Below, piece by piece: positions 48,430 to 58,606 of a stretch of DNA of 64,000 nt. Within the stretch, counting starts at the first letter, position 1. Every line of letters starts with the position of its first letter. Below the pieces are notes generated by a model. That model was not told where the DNA came from. It made no database searches and saw only the letters and a list, made by a program, of their open reading frames with translations. The stretch comes from Bacteriovoracia bacterium (lineage in GTDB: Bacteria > Bdellovibrionota > UBA1018 > CAIPTA01), in assembly GCA_050246755.1 (NCBI GenBank), contig JBFWVL010000006.1, forward strand, positions 64,001 through 128,000, given 5' to 3'. The translations under genes and the position numbers were made by a program.

Positions 48430-49170
48430 TCAAAGCTTTCCGAGCTTCACTCTGGGCATGATTTCTTTGATTCGCTGTTTCAGCGCCGCACGGGAGTGGG
48501 TTGGCGCGGCTACCCAGGCCCAAACCTTTAAGTGACGGCTACCTTCGGGAGAAATAAAGGGTAGGAAGTTCACCACCAAGCCGCGACCAAACTCCGGCGA
48601 AAGCAGAGCTTCGTTGAGCTGGGTTCTCCAAAGAGCCACTTCATCAAGCAGGATTTCATCTTCCACCACGCAGTGGTTGAGATGGAGGAGATCCAGTTCT
48701 CTGGCCTTCTTGGTAACGAGCTCGCTCACGTGGAAAAGATGCAGGGGCACTCTTTTACGCCGTTCCTCGTGCGTTTCGTCTTCCGTATAGAGTTCCTTAA
48801 AGGAGTTCAGCCACTGGTGCAGGCTCGAGAGAGGAATTCTTTCCAGCTCGGTATCCAGCAGCTCGGCGAGTTTCATGAATGCCTGGCCCGCCTCTTTGGT
48901 GCGCCGACAGATGAATTTTCCCTGCAGGGCCAAATTGAGGGAATCATTTAGATCGACGATGAACTGCGCGAGCAGTTCCGGGCAGCTCAAGATTTTTAGC
49001 ACGCCTTTTAGCGAATGCACGCTGGCGTAGAGGTCTTCCCAGTAGGGAAGGTAAGATTGGGTTTGACTGGCTTGGGCGAGATCGCGCCCGACTTGGCGCA
49101 GGGCCAAGATCAAATCGGGAAGGCGATCGGAAAATTTCGGGAGCTCAGGGCTCGCGGATAACTCTGCCAT
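48430..49170 (-). CDS. Hypothetical protein with N-terminal HPt-like motif
   Basis: LYASVHSLKGVLKIL resembles HPt HxLKG; probable start ATG 49170. Confidence 0.55.
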   Translation of the reverse strand: MAELSASPELPKFSDRLPDLILALRQVGRDLAQASQTQSYLPYWEDLYASVHSLKGVLKILSCPELLAQFIVDLNDSLNLALQGKFICRRTKEAGQAFMKLAELLDTELERIPLSSLHQWLNSFKELYTEDETHEERRKRVPLHLFHVSELVTKKARELDLLHLNHCVVEDEILLDEVALWRTQLNEALLSPEFGRGLVVNFLPFISPEGSRHLKVWAWVAAPTHSRAALKQRIKEIMPRVKLGKL

Positions 49171-49444
49171 TGGCCATTCTGCTTTGGTGAGAGGCCCGCA
49201 ATTTCTGCAGGGCACTCGTGAGGGCTTCGGCGCGGGCTTGGTCTTCGTAGTTTGCGCGGTTCATGCGGGAGGCAACCGAATAGGGGGCGGGAGGCGCTTC
49301 GGTTTTTTTGGCGGTGAGAGTTTCGGGTTCGCCGAAGGCGGCGCGAATCGTTTGCTCGAGGTCGAAAAAATTTTCCAATTTTTTTCGGCGATTAGCGCTG
49401 GGGGGGATATCGAGTAGAAATAGGGCCTGATCCGCAATGCTCAT
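49145..49444 (-). CDS. Small hypothetical protein
   Basis: Fills the operon tightly between its neighbours; ATG just after the upstream stop. Confidence 0.5.
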   Translation of the reverse strand: MSIADQALFLLDIPPSANRRKKLENFFDLEQTIRAAFGEPETLTAKKTEAPPAPYSVASRMNRANYEDQARAEALTSALQKLRASHQSRMANGRVIREP

Positions 49445-49447
49445 CAG

Positions 49448-49867
49448 TTACGACTCCAACTTTGTCCAACGACTGCCTTCTTTCATTAAAGTTTGCTTGA
49501 GTTTGCGGCAAAAGTCTTCGGGAAAAGTTGTCTCGGCCACGCTCACGTCTTTGACCGATAGTTTGCGCAAATAGTCCGCGGCGATTTTGGCGTCGGGCTG
49601 CGCGCCGAACTGAAACGCGAGGAAGCTGGGGCGCTGGCAGCTGGGATCACCAGGTATCACGCAGAAGCCATCAGCCGGGAAAAGACCGCGCGCGAGGAGG
49701 CGCGACACTTGGCCGTGTACGTTCCAGTCGATAAGCCCGGCAATTCCTTCCATGCGTTCCGCGAGCGAAATGCGTGAGGCATCGATGCCGAAAAGAACCC
49801 ACGGAGCTTTCACCGCCGCCAAGGCCGCCGCGATCTCGCGTTTCTGTTCCGTGCTGAGATTCGCCAA
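49448..49867 (-). CDS. Stand-alone M17 peptidase N-terminal-like domain protein
   Basis: EGIAGLIDWNVHGQVSRLL motif; immediately after nusB. Confidence 0.55.
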   Translation of the reverse strand: MANLSTEQKREIAAALAAVKAPWVLFGIDASRISLAERMEGIAGLIDWNVHGQVSRLLARGLFPADGFCVIPGDPSCQRPSFLAFQFGAQPDAKIAADYLRKLSVKDVSVAETTFPEDFCRKLKQTLMKEGSRWTKLES

Positions 49868-50317
49868 TTAGTCCTCCGTGCGCCCAAGCAAGGTACGTGC
49901 TTTATCTAGGATTCCGTTTATAAAAGCGGAAGAATCTTCGGTGCCGAATCGTTTTGCCAGCTCCACGCATTCATCGAGCGTAACTTTCGAGGGGATGTCT
50001 TTGAAATTTTTGAGCTCCTCCACGCCGATGCGGAGGATATTGCGGTCGATCTTCGTCATGCGGTAGAGCTTCCAGTGCTCGCTGTAACGTACGATCTCCT
50101 GGTCGATATTGTCGAGCTCCGCGCAGATGCCGGTTACCAGGCGTTGGAGGTAAGGAATATCGGTAACTTCTTCTGCATTTTTGGGGCCGAAATTGGTGAT
50201 GTAGGAGGAAACGGCCAATGGAACCGAAGAAGGATCGGGAGCGAATTCGCCTTCGGATTGATTTTCGAGGGCGAATAATATTTGCAGGGCGAATTCACGC
50301 GATTTTCTTCTACGCAT
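49868..50317 (-). CDS. nusB: Transcription antitermination factor NusB
   Basis: RRKSREFALQILF, IDRNILR, VELAKRFG..DS..FINGILD. Confidence 0.95.
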   Translation of the reverse strand: MRRRKSREFALQILFALENQSEGEFAPDPSSVPLAVSSYITNFGPKNAEEVTDIPYLQRLVTGICAELDNIDQEIVRYSEHWKLYRMTKIDRNILRIGVEELKNFKDIPSKVTLDECVELAKRFGTEDSSAFINGILDKARTLLGRTED

Positions 50318-50330
50318 CTCAATAAACCTT

Positions 50331-50810
50331 TTAAAGAACGAACGGCCGCGCCTCAGGAGCTTCTAGGCTCTCTTTTTTCAATTCCGTGAGAAATTCTTCC
50401 ACGTCCTTGAATTCACGATAAACGGAGGCAAAACGGATATAGGCCACTTTATCGCGCCTATGCAAGACCTCCATAACATATTGGCCAATCTCCCGGGAGG
50501 ATAGCTCGCGTACCCCTAAGCTTTGGATACGGCGTTCTACGTCGCGGGTCATATCTTCGAAGTCGGAGGCGGTAAAATCGCGCTTGCGGCAGGCAATACG
50601 AATGCCTTCGCTGATTTTTTCGCGATCGAATTCTTCACGCCGGCCATCTTTCTTCACCACGAGGGGCATCAGCTCTTCCACCCGTTCGTAGGTAGTAAAG
50701 CGTCCATCGCATTCTAAGCACTCGCGCCTGCGCCGGGTGATGTCTCCACTTTGGCTAATCCGGGAGTCGACCACCTTATTTTCTATATGACCGCAGAAAG
50801 GACACTTCAT
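50331..50810 (-). CDS. nrdR: Transcriptional repressor NrdR
   Basis: MKCPFC..VVDSR..RRRRECLEC..RFTTYE; ATP cone; VAYIRFASVY. Confidence 0.97.
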   Translation of the reverse strand: MKCPFCGHIENKVVDSRISQSGDITRRRRECLECDGRFTTYERVEELMPLVVKKDGRREEFDREKISEGIRIACRKRDFTASDFEDMTRDVERRIQSLGVRELSSREIGQYVMEVLHRRDKVAYIRFASVYREFKDVEEFLTELKKESLEAPEARPFVL

Positions 50811-50948
50811 TGTAATCCTCCTAACCATCCGAAAAAATTGGCTTTTTCTGCTTTCTTGAAAATTCTAGCACCTAGGAGGTAGCCGCGCCCGTGTTTTTTT
50901 TAAGGGTGGGCAATAAAGTGCCGATAGGGAGGTGGGAGAATTAGCCCT

Positions 50949-51632
50949 ATGGCCGATATAAAAAAGTCGAGTATTCAGAAAAAAAGTGGCTGTTACCTGC
51001 TGAATATCAAGCAGCCGGAACGCACGTTCAAGCGGCTGAAACTCAGCTTCCAACGCATCTCGGTGACCATCAGCACGCTGAAGAGCGAGCGTAAGGTAGA
51101 GGCTGCCGTGGGTATCGTGGACCTCTCTGAGACCGGCGCCGGCTTCTTTACGGCCGAGCTATTGTCCAAGGGCTGCGGCGTGGAAGTTTGCTTTACGGAT
51201 CCTATGATCCTCAAAGTAAGGGCGATCGTAGCTTGGTCGATCCCGATCGAATCGGGGCTGCAAGAAGCTCGTTTCCCCTGCCGCTCCGGTCTTCAGTTTA
51301 TGTACGACAACGAGGCTCAGCGCCATGCCGTGGTCGACTTCATTGAAAAGATCTCGGCCAATCCGATGGACAATTACCGCCGTACTTTCTCGGCTCCCGC
51401 GACCGGTGTAGCGGAGCCTGCTCCGGCGGCTACGCCCACGACGGCGGCCCCCGTGGATCCTGCCGCCGCGGCTCCCGGCGAAGCTCCCGCACCCGTAGCA
51501 GCCGAGACCGCTCCCGCGGTGGCCGCTGTTCCTGAGCCAGCGCCGGCAGCAGAGGCTGCCCCGGCGCCTGCGGCCGAAGCTACTCCCGTGAAAACGGAAG
51601 GCGACGGCAGTGGCGAATCTCAGGCCGCTTAG
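50949..51632 (+). CDS. PilZ-domain protein with Ala/Pro-rich tail
   Basis: RTFKR and DLSETG motifs; low-complexity C-terminus. Confidence 0.75.
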   Translation: MADIKKSSIQKKSGCYLLNIKQPERTFKRLKLSFQRISVTISTLKSERKVEAAVGIVDLSETGAGFFTAELLSKGCGVEVCFTDPMILKVRAIVAWSIPIESGLQEARFPCRSGLQFMYDNEAQRHAVVDFIEKISANPMDNYRRTFSAPATGVAEPAPAATPTTAAPVDPAAAAPGEAPAPVAAETAPAVAAVPEPAPAAEAAPAPAAEATPVKTEGDGSGESQAA

Positions 51633-51642
51633 CTAAGAATTA

Positions 51643-52950
51643 TTAAGAACGATAGATTGGAAATCGCTCGCAGAGCGATTTCACTTCCGCGCGAATTTTT
51701 TCGGCCGTGGCTGGGGGCAGGTTTTTTGTTTCCGCGGTTTGCTCTTTGAGCGCTTTGCAGATCTGCGAAACCCAGCCCGAGATTTGCTTCATCTCGGGAA
51801 TGCCCAGGCCGCGCGAAGTCACGGCCGGAGTGCCCAAGCGAATTCCGCTCGTCACGAACGGAGAGCGCGTCTCGAAGGGAATGGTATTCTTGTTCACCGT
51901 GATATGCGCGAGATCGAGGGCCGCTTCCACTTCCTTGCCGGTGAGTCCATAGGAGCCTACGTCGAGGAGCATGAGGTGGTTATCGGTTCCGCCCGAAACG
52001 ATCCGTAAGCCCTCTTTGGCGAGCCCTTCGGCCAAAGCCTTTGCATTCTCCATCACCTTCTTCTGGTAAACGGCGAATTCCGGTTTCAGCGCTTCACCGA
52101 AGGCCACGGCTTTCGCGGCGATCACGTGCATGAGGGGACCGCCCTGCATGCCGGGAAACACGGCCGAGTTAATTTGCTTTGCGAATTCCGGGCGTGAAAG
52201 AACGAAGCCGCCGCGGGGGCCGCGCAAGGTTTTATGCGTAGTGCTCGTCACGAAATGCGCATGGGGAATCGGCGAAGGATGCAGGCCCGCCGCCACGAGA
52301 CCCGCGATATGGGCCATGTCCACGAGCAGGTACGCACCCACTTCCTCGGCGATTTTTCCGAGGCGGGCGAAATCTAAGGTACGCGGATAAGCGCTGGCGC
52401 CGGCGATAATCAGTTTCGGCTGCACTTGCTGTGCTTTCGCCCGGATTAATTCGTAGTCAAGACGCTCGCTCTCTTTCTCCACCGTATAGTGATGGGCCTG
52501 GTAGAGCTTGCCGGAGAAATTCACGGGAGAGCCGTGAGTGAGGTGCCCGCCGTGGGAAAGGTCCATGCCGAGAATGGCATCGCCCGGTTTGAGCACGGCG
52601 AGAAATACTGCCATATTTGCCTGCGCGCCGGAATGCGGCTGCACGTTGGCGTGGTAGGGCGTGGGGGAGGAATCATCGCAGCCGAAGAGTTTGCGCAGGC
52701 GCGAAAGCGCGAGGTTCTCGGCTTCGTCCACGTAGGTGCAACCGCCGTAGTAGCGTTTGCCGGGGTAACCTTCGGCGTATTTATTGGTGAGCACGCTGCC
52801 CTGGGCGGCCATTACGGCGGCGGAAACGTAGTTCTCGGAAGCGATTAATTCCAGGCCGTCTTCCTGACGTTTCAATTCTCTGGAAATGGCGCCCTGGATC
52901 TCGGGATCAGCGGCTAAAACTTCGGGAACCCGGTACTGAAAACTTTGCAT
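51643..52950 (-). CDS. glyA: Serine hydroxymethyltransferase
   Basis: [36 protein letters not shown]. Confidence 0.98.
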   Translation of the reverse strand: MQSFQYRVPEVLAADPEIQGAISRELKRQEDGLELIASENYVSAAVMAAQGSVLTNKYAEGYPGKRYYGGCTYVDEAENLALSRLRKLFGCDDSSPTPYHANVQPHSGAQANMAVFLAVLKPGDAILGMDLSHGGHLTHGSPVNFSGKLYQAHHYTVEKESERLDYELIRAKAQQVQPKLIIAGASAYPRTLDFARLGKIAEEVGAYLLVDMAHIAGLVAAGLHPSPIPHAHFVTSTTHKTLRGPRGGFVLSRPEFAKQINSAVFPGMQGGPLMHVIAAKAVAFGEALKPEFAVYQKKVMENAKALAEGLAKEGLRIVSGGTDNHLMLLDVGSYGLTGKEVEAALDLAHITVNKNTIPFETRSPFVTSGIRLGTPAVTSRGLGIPEMKQISGWVSQICKALKEQTAETKNLPPATAEKIRAEVKSLCERFPIYRS

Positions 52951-53384
52951 TACTTTCCTTCCAGCGCGGAAATTTTATCCACGCGTTTTTGGTGGCGGCT
53001 CTCAAATTTTGCATTTAGCCAGGCGCGGGCCATCGCGAGCGCATGGGTGGCGCCCGTGACGCGCTCGCCGAGGCAGAGCACGTTGGCATTATTGTGTTCG
53101 GTGGCGAACTGGGCGGTGAAGATGGATTCCACGTGAGCCGCGCGGATGCCCTTCAGCTTATTGGCGGAAATACTCATGCCGAGGCCGGTTCCGCAGATAA
53201 GAATGGCCTTTGCGCACTTTCCCGAGGTAACGGCGGCGCAGGCTTTCTCGGCGAAGTCGGGATAGTCCACCGAATCAGTGGTTTCGGGCCCGAAGTCGGT
53301 GAATTCCACTTCTTTCATTTCCTGAATTAAATATTTTTTGAGCTGGAGGCCGGCGTGATCAGACGCGATCGCTAGTTTCAGCAT
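52950..53384 (-). CDS. rpiB: Ribose-5-phosphate isomerase B
   Basis: ASDHAG, DYPD, CGTGLG, HNNANVL. Confidence 0.95.
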   Translation of the reverse strand: MLKLAIASDHAGLQLKKYLIQEMKEVEFTDFGPETTDSVDYPDFAEKACAAVTSGKCAKAILICGTGLGMSISANKLKGIRAAHVESIFTAQFATEHNNANVLCLGERVTGATHALAMARAWLNAKFESRHQKRVDKISALEGK

Positions 53385-53428
53385 GAATCCCTCCCGGAAA
53401 AATGAATTGGAACAGGGAAAAGGTAGCC

Positions 53429-54706
53429 TTAGACCTTGCTGAAAACAAGGGTAGCGTTCGTGCCACCGAAGCCGAAGCTATTGCTCATTACGGACTGCAT
53501 CGTTTTGCGGCTCGCGTGATGCGCAGAGTAATTCAGGCGGCAGTTTTCACTCGGATTATCGAGGTTGATGGTGGGAGGAATATCTCCGGTATTGAGCGCC
53601 ATCAGCGAAATCGCGGCTTCTAGCGCACCCGCGCCGCCGAGGAGGTGGCCGGTCATGCTCTTGGTGGATCCCATGATTAGATTTTTCGCGTGGGAGCCGA
53701 ATACGCGCTCTACCGCCATCGATTCGTTTTCGTCGCCGGCGGGCGTGGAGGTGCCGTGAGCGTTTACGTAGCCCACGGAGGTGGGATCGATTTTCCCGCG
53801 CTCCAGCGCGAGCTTCATGCTGCGCCCGGCGCCTTCGCCTTCGGGAGCGGGGGAAGTCATGTGAAACGCATCCGAGGTAGCGGCGTAGCCCGTTACTTCG
53901 CCGTAAATCTTGGCGCCGCGTTTTTTCGCGCGCTCGTAGTCTTCCAGGATCAAAGCGCCGCCGCCTTCACCGATCACGAAACCATCGCGGTCGCGGTCGA
54001 ATGGCCGGGAAGCTTTCGTGGGGTCTTCATTACGCGTGGAGAGCGCCTTCATCGCATTGAAGCCGCCCACGCCGCTGGCGCAAACTACGCTCTCGGATCC
54101 GCCGGCGATCATCACGTCGGCATCACCGCGAGAAATCATCATCGCCGCTTCGCCCACGGAGTGCGCCGAAGAAGCGCAGGCCGTTACGGTGCAAAGGTTG
54201 GGGCCCTTTGCATTCAGCATGATGGAGAGGTGGCCGCTGATCATATTGGGGATCACGGAAGGAATGAAAAAAGGAGTGATGCGTCTCGGGCCTTTTCCAC
54301 GGATCGTGTCCACGGTGTCTTCGATGTCCGAGAGGCTTCCCATACCGGCCGACATCAACGTGCCGAACGTTTCGGGGTCTACATTATTGCCGTTCTCATC
54401 GGCGCGGCCTTTGAAGCCGGCATCTTCCCAGGCGTGCATGGCTGCCACGAGCCCGAGGTGGATGAAGCGGCCCATCTTGCGCTGTTCTTTAACATTGATA
54501 TACGCGTCGGCAGAAAAGCCCTTCACCTCGCAGGCGAAGTGGGTCGCGTATTCTTTCGCGTCGAATAGGGTAATAGGGGCGGCGCCAGATTTTCCTGCGA
54601 GCAGGGCGGGCCACGTCTCTTTAAGCGAAAGGCCGAGAGGTGAAACCACCCCTAGGCCCGTTACTACTACTCTGCGCTTTAGATTTGGCCAGTTGGCGAG
54701 GCTCAT
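53429..54706 (-). CDS. fabF: 3-oxoacyl-ACP synthase II
   Basis: TACAS, NAHGTST, GHLLG, SNSFGFGGTN. Confidence 0.97.
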   Translation of the reverse strand: MSLANWPNLKRRVVVTGLGVVSPLGLSLKETWPALLAGKSGAAPITLFDAKEYATHFACEVKGFSADAYINVKEQRKMGRFIHLGLVAAMHAWEDAGFKGRADENGNNVDPETFGTLMSAGMGSLSDIEDTVDTIRGKGPRRITPFFIPSVIPNMISGHLSIMLNAKGPNLCTVTACASSAHSVGEAAMMISRGDADVMIAGGSESVVCASGVGGFNAMKALSTRNEDPTKASRPFDRDRDGFVIGEGGGALILEDYERAKKRGAKIYGEVTGYAATSDAFHMTSPAPEGEGAGRSMKLALERGKIDPTSVGYVNAHGTSTPAGDENESMAVERVFGSHAKNLIMGSTKSMTGHLLGGAGALEAAISLMALNTGDIPPTINLDNPSENCRLNYSAHHASRKTMQSVMSNSFGFGGTNATLVFSKV

Positions 54707-54722
54707 TCGGACCCCTTAGGGC

Positions 54723-54959
54723 TTACGCGCCCTTTTTGGTTTTAATATAATTAGTAACGTCGCCTACCGTTTTCATTTTTTCGGCGTCTTCATCAGGAAT
54801 ATCGAGTTCGAACTCTTCTTCCATGGTCATCACTAGCTCAACGATATCGAGACTGTCCGCGCCGAGATCATCAATGAAAGAAGCCGTGTCGGTTACTTTT
54901 TCCGCTTCGACAGCGAGCTGGTCACAAATGATGTTTTTTACGCGTTCTTGAATATTCAT
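54723..54959 (-). CDS. acpP: Acyl carrier protein
   Basis: [14 protein letters not shown]. Confidence 0.97.
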   Translation of the reverse strand: MNIQERVKNIICDQLAVEAEKVTDTASFIDDLGADSLDIVELVMTMEEEFELDIPDEDAEKMKTVGDVTNYIKTKKGA

Positions 54960-55266
54960 AAATCCTCTTTCGTTGGTGATGCCTCGATTTATACAGAAAC
55001 CACCTATGGTTTACCACCGCTTTTTTCACCCGGCAACGGATGGAAGACGGAATTAGTTGGTGATGACGCTAAGCGCTGCTGCGGGGCTGCATTTTCGGAA
55101 AGTTGTCGACGAAGGATCGTTGAAAATAAAAAATATTTAGATAGGTTCTTTGCCTTGGTTTAGGCGTCCGGTTCAAGTCTCCTTCCGCCGCGGAAGTTAC
55201 GCCGCGTTAATCGTCGAGACAAAAATCCCTCTGTCGGCATGACTCCCTTTGTGCTTTTCTTTGGTC

Positions 55267-56775
55267 GTGGAAACCCAAGTGATCATCGTCGGAGCAGGCC
55301 CAACCGGCCTCGTGCTTGCCCTCTATTTAACCAAGCTCGGCATTCGCGTGAGAATTTTCGACGCCGCGAAAGAAGCCGGCAGCACCTCCCGCGCCCTCGT
55401 GGTGCACGCGCGCACCTTGGAATTTTACCGCTGGCTCGGTATCGCAGACGAAGTGGTGAAGCGCGGCCACCCGGCGAAAGCCCTTCGCCTCTGGGCTAAA
55501 GGCAAGCAAGTAACGCAAGTGCCGGTGGGAGAAATCGGCCAAGGGCTAAGTCCCTATCCGTACCTTTTATTTTTTCCCCAGGACGAGCACGAGCGCTTGT
55601 TGATCGAGGCGCTTAGCGCGGCTGGCATAGTGGTGGAGCGGGAAAAAAATTTTTTGGATTTTCAGGAGAATGCGCAGGGAGTGAGTGCGCGTTTTCTCGC
55701 GGCGGGCGGAATAGAAGAAAGCTACCGTGCCGATTTTATCGCGGGCTGTGATGGCGCTCACTCCCGGATGCGGGAGCTTTTGCACACGGGCTTTCCTGGT
55801 TCTACCTATAATCAGCTTTTCTACGTGGCCGATGTGCAAGCTTCCGGTCCGGCGATCAATGGCGATCTCAATCTTGCGCTCGACAATGCGGACTTTCTCG
55901 CCGTTTTCCCGATGAAGGGCGAGGGGAGAGTGCGCCTGATCGGCACGGTGGAATCCTCCGCTGAAGGCAAGAAAATCGAATGGACCGACGTAAAGCACGC
56001 CGCGATCGATCACCTCAATGTGAAAGTAGAGCGCGTGAATTGGTTCTCGAGCTACCGCGTGCACCACCGCGTGACGGAGCATACCCGCAAAGGGCGCGCT
56101 TTTCTCCTCGGCGATGCCGCGCATATCCATAGCCCCGTGGGCGGGCAGGGGATGAATACCGGCATCGGCGACGCGATCAATTTGGGCTGGAAGCTCGCGA
56201 TGGTGGTCAAGGGCCAAGCAAAAGATTCCTTGCTCGATACCTACGAAGTGGAGCGCATCGCCTTTGCTAAACAACTAGTGAATACCACCGACCGGGCATT
56301 TACTTTTATTACGAGAAACGGGCCGATCGCGCGCTATGTTCGGTTAAATATCGTGCCGGCCTTGGTGAAGGTATTGTTCCGCCTTCAAGGCCTCCGGGTT
56401 TTTATGTTCCGCACGGTTTCGCAGATCAATATTCATTACCGGATGAGTAGGCTCAGCGAAGGATCGGCCGGCACGGTAAATGCCGGAGACCGGATGCCCT
56501 GGGTGAAATTTGCGGATGGCACGGATAATTTTCAAGTGCTCGAGGGCATGAGGTGGCAGGTGCAGGTGTATGGCGAAGTAAGTGCCGAGCTCCTGAATTT
56601 TTGCGAAAAGACCGGCCTGGAATTGAGGGCCTTTCCCTGGAGCGCGGAAACGCAAAAAGTTGGCTTCATGCGGGATGTGGTTTATTTGCTGAGGCCGGAT
56701 GGGTACTTAGCTTTTATTTGCGCGAATGCGAGCGCTGCAAGCTTGGAGAAATATGTGGCCCGATGGTTGGGGTAG
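55267..56775 (+). CDS. FAD-dependent monooxygenase (PheA/TfdB aromatic-hydroxylase family)
   Basis: GAGPTG, GCDGAHS, GDAAHIHSPVGGQGMNTG..DA.NL.WK, RPDGY. Confidence 0.9.
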   Translation: METQVIIVGAGPTGLVLALYLTKLGIRVRIFDAAKEAGSTSRALVVHARTLEFYRWLGIADEVVKRGHPAKALRLWAKGKQVTQVPVGEIGQGLSPYPYLLFFPQDEHERLLIEALSAAGIVVEREKNFLDFQENAQGVSARFLAAGGIEESYRADFIAGCDGAHSRMRELLHTGFPGSTYNQLFYVADVQASGPAINGDLNLALDNADFLAVFPMKGEGRVRLIGTVESSAEGKKIEWTDVKHAAIDHLNVKVERVNWFSSYRVHHRVTEHTRKGRAFLLGDAAHIHSPVGGQGMNTGIGDAINLGWKLAMVVKGQAKDSLLDTYEVERIAFAKQLVNTTDRAFTFITRNGPIARYVRLNIVPALVKVLFRLQGLRVFMFRTVSQINIHYRMSRLSEGSAGTVNAGDRMPWVKFADGTDNFQVLEGMRWQVQVYGEVSAELLNFCEKTGLELRAFPWSAETQKVGFMRDVVYLLRPDGYLAFICANASAASLEKYVARWLG

Positions 56776-56902
56776 AAGTTATACGTCTAGTTTTTAAATA
56801 TTCGCCTATCGATAAGGTATTGTAATTTCGGTGGTTTCTTGAACGAAAAAACCTTTCCTGTGGCCGCTTTACTTTAGGTCTCCCGCGCTCTAATAAGACC
56901 CC

Positions 56903-58504
56903 ATGAGAACGCTGCTCCTATTGGCGATGCATTTGGCGAGTCTCCCAGCCTTCGCGGATCCTGATATCCGTTTATTTCCCTATCGCCAGAAGATCGGTCT
57001 CTTTTCTTTTTCGCCATCGTCCTCCGATAAATTGCCCAAGCAAGCTTTGGATCTTTTGCGGAAGCACCCTGTTTGGCAAACGGTGGCGGGCCTGAGCATT
57101 CCGGGTTTTTCGCCCTTACTATCGGCGAATCGGCGTTGGATCGTGGATGGTTCGGGTTCCAGTTTGAAGCTTATCGAGCAAAGCGAGCTTTCTCTTTCGC
57201 AGGATTGCGCCACGAAAAAATACACAAGATGGGGATCCGCCAAGCTGGAACTCAGCGGCTCCGTGAGGCCGATGGACTTTATTATCGGCGGCCCAGATTT
57301 TTGCGCGCCCACGAAGCCCGCTGCCTTTACGGTAACTTTTCTTGGTGAAGATCGCTTCGTGATAAAGCCTGCCGAGGCCGGGATCGCCGTTCTTTTCTTT
57401 CCGGCGCAGAATCTTGCGGTTCGTGGCTCGAAGAAGATTCTCGATGCCGTTCACGTGTTTACGGCGCCGGTTGGCCCCACCACTCTCGGCAGCTCCACGG
57501 GCTTGGAGATTCCAAGGTCGGATTATTTTCACCACGACTTGAGTCGCCCCATGCCGGTCGTTTTGGATAAGAGCTTTCCGGATGCGTTCTTGGCGATTTT
57601 GGAGAGTTCATTGTCTAAGTGGAACGCGGCTCTGGGCACCAATTTCTTTCGGCTCCAAGCGCAGAAGGAAGAAGTGGATCCCTACGATTGCCTGTCTTCT
57701 AGGAAACTCTGCTTTTTGTGGAATGGGTCTACGGAAATTTCTTTTTTAGGGGCCGGTGGAATAACGGGAATGGTTTTCGATCCGATTTCCGGGCAGATCC
57801 AGGGCGGCTATATAGGAATAGATGCGGACTCCCGCGAAAATCTTCCCGCGGTGCCCCTAACTCCGGAAATTCTGAAATTTGAGAGCGAACAGGCCTCCGT
57901 AGAGGATGCGGCGGTGCTTTTTTCCAGGAGGGATGAGCTCGCGCAGTTCCGGCATCCAAAACCATCCTGGCAGCTTGGCTATGTTTTTACGCATGAGCTC
58001 GGGCATTTCAACGGCTTAGGCCATAATTTTCTCGGCAGCTACCGCGGAAGTTCTTTCCACAAAACGGATTCGGTTATGGATTATGCCGCGTTTTCGGCGG
58101 TGGATTCCAAAAGCAGTGAACTGGGCAAGTTTGATCTGGAGGCCGTGGCGCTCATCTATAAAAACGAGAAACCCGGGCTTGATTATTTATATTGCGGCGA
58201 CGACGAATCCAACCTTGAGGGCGTTTCGAAAAATCCAAACTGCAATAAATTCGATCTGGGCCGCCCGGATCGCTGGTTCATTACGCTGGCGAAGATTGCT
58301 CCTGAAGGGGTATTTGCGAAGCACCCGCGCTTCGAAGGGATAAACTTGGATTACCTAGGTTCTTTCCTGGAAGCCAATAAGCCAGGGGTTATGGCGGGCC
58401 AAACGGATAACGTGCAGGGTTTTCTCTGCGCCAATTATTCCGCCGATCGGAGAGTTTACGAGTACCTCCAGGCGAATAATGCCATTCGGCTCGAGTGTAG
58501 ATAA
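56903..58504 (+). CDS. Secreted metzincin zinc metalloprotease (DUF4953-like)
   Basis: Signal peptide; DPISGQI, HELGHFNGLGHNF, SVMDY Met-turn. Confidence 0.8.
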   Translation: MRTLLLLAMHLASLPAFADPDIRLFPYRQKIGLFSFSPSSSDKLPKQALDLLRKHPVWQTVAGLSIPGFSPLLSANRRWIVDGSGSSLKLIEQSELSLSQDCATKKYTRWGSAKLELSGSVRPMDFIIGGPDFCAPTKPAAFTVTFLGEDRFVIKPAEAGIAVLFFPAQNLAVRGSKKILDAVHVFTAPVGPTTLGSSTGLEIPRSDYFHHDLSRPMPVVLDKSFPDAFLAILESSLSKWNAALGTNFFRLQAQKEEVDPYDCLSSRKLCFLWNGSTEISFLGAGGITGMVFDPISGQIQGGYIGIDADSRENLPAVPLTPEILKFESEQASVEDAAVLFSRRDELAQFRHPKPSWQLGYVFTHELGHFNGLGHNFLGSYRGSSFHKTDSVMDYAAFSAVDSKSSELGKFDLEAVALIYKNEKPGLDYLYCGDDESNLEGVSKNPNCNKFDLGRPDRWFITLAKIAPEGVFAKHPRFEGINLDYLGSFLEANKPGVMAGQTDNVQGFLCANYSADRRVYEYLQANNAIRLECR

Positions 58505-58510
58505 AAATAT

Positions 58511-58603
58511 TTGATGCGACGCTACTTCCGCTGCGGAAGTAGCGGTGTTCGAATCTCGAGCGGGTAAGCATTATTTCCGACGTCGGAGGTAGCGCCCCAT
58601 CAA
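58511..58603. repeat. REP-like nested inverted repeats
   Basis: CGCTACTTCCGC-T-GCGGAAGTAGCG perfect hairpin; second degenerate copy TTTCCGACGTCGGAGGTAGCG; outer TTGATG...CATCAA. Confidence 0.6.
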
Positions 58604-58606
58604 GCG

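Noticed and set aside
54972-55065. 10-bp direct repeat GTTGGTGATG upstream of acpP
   Set aside because: Only two copies 84 bp apart, both on one side of the insertion; not a target-site duplication or CRISPR.
55160-55200. tRNA-like GGTTCAAGTC near the insertion boundary
   Set aside because: Flanks do not form a T-stem or acceptor stem; no cloverleaf.
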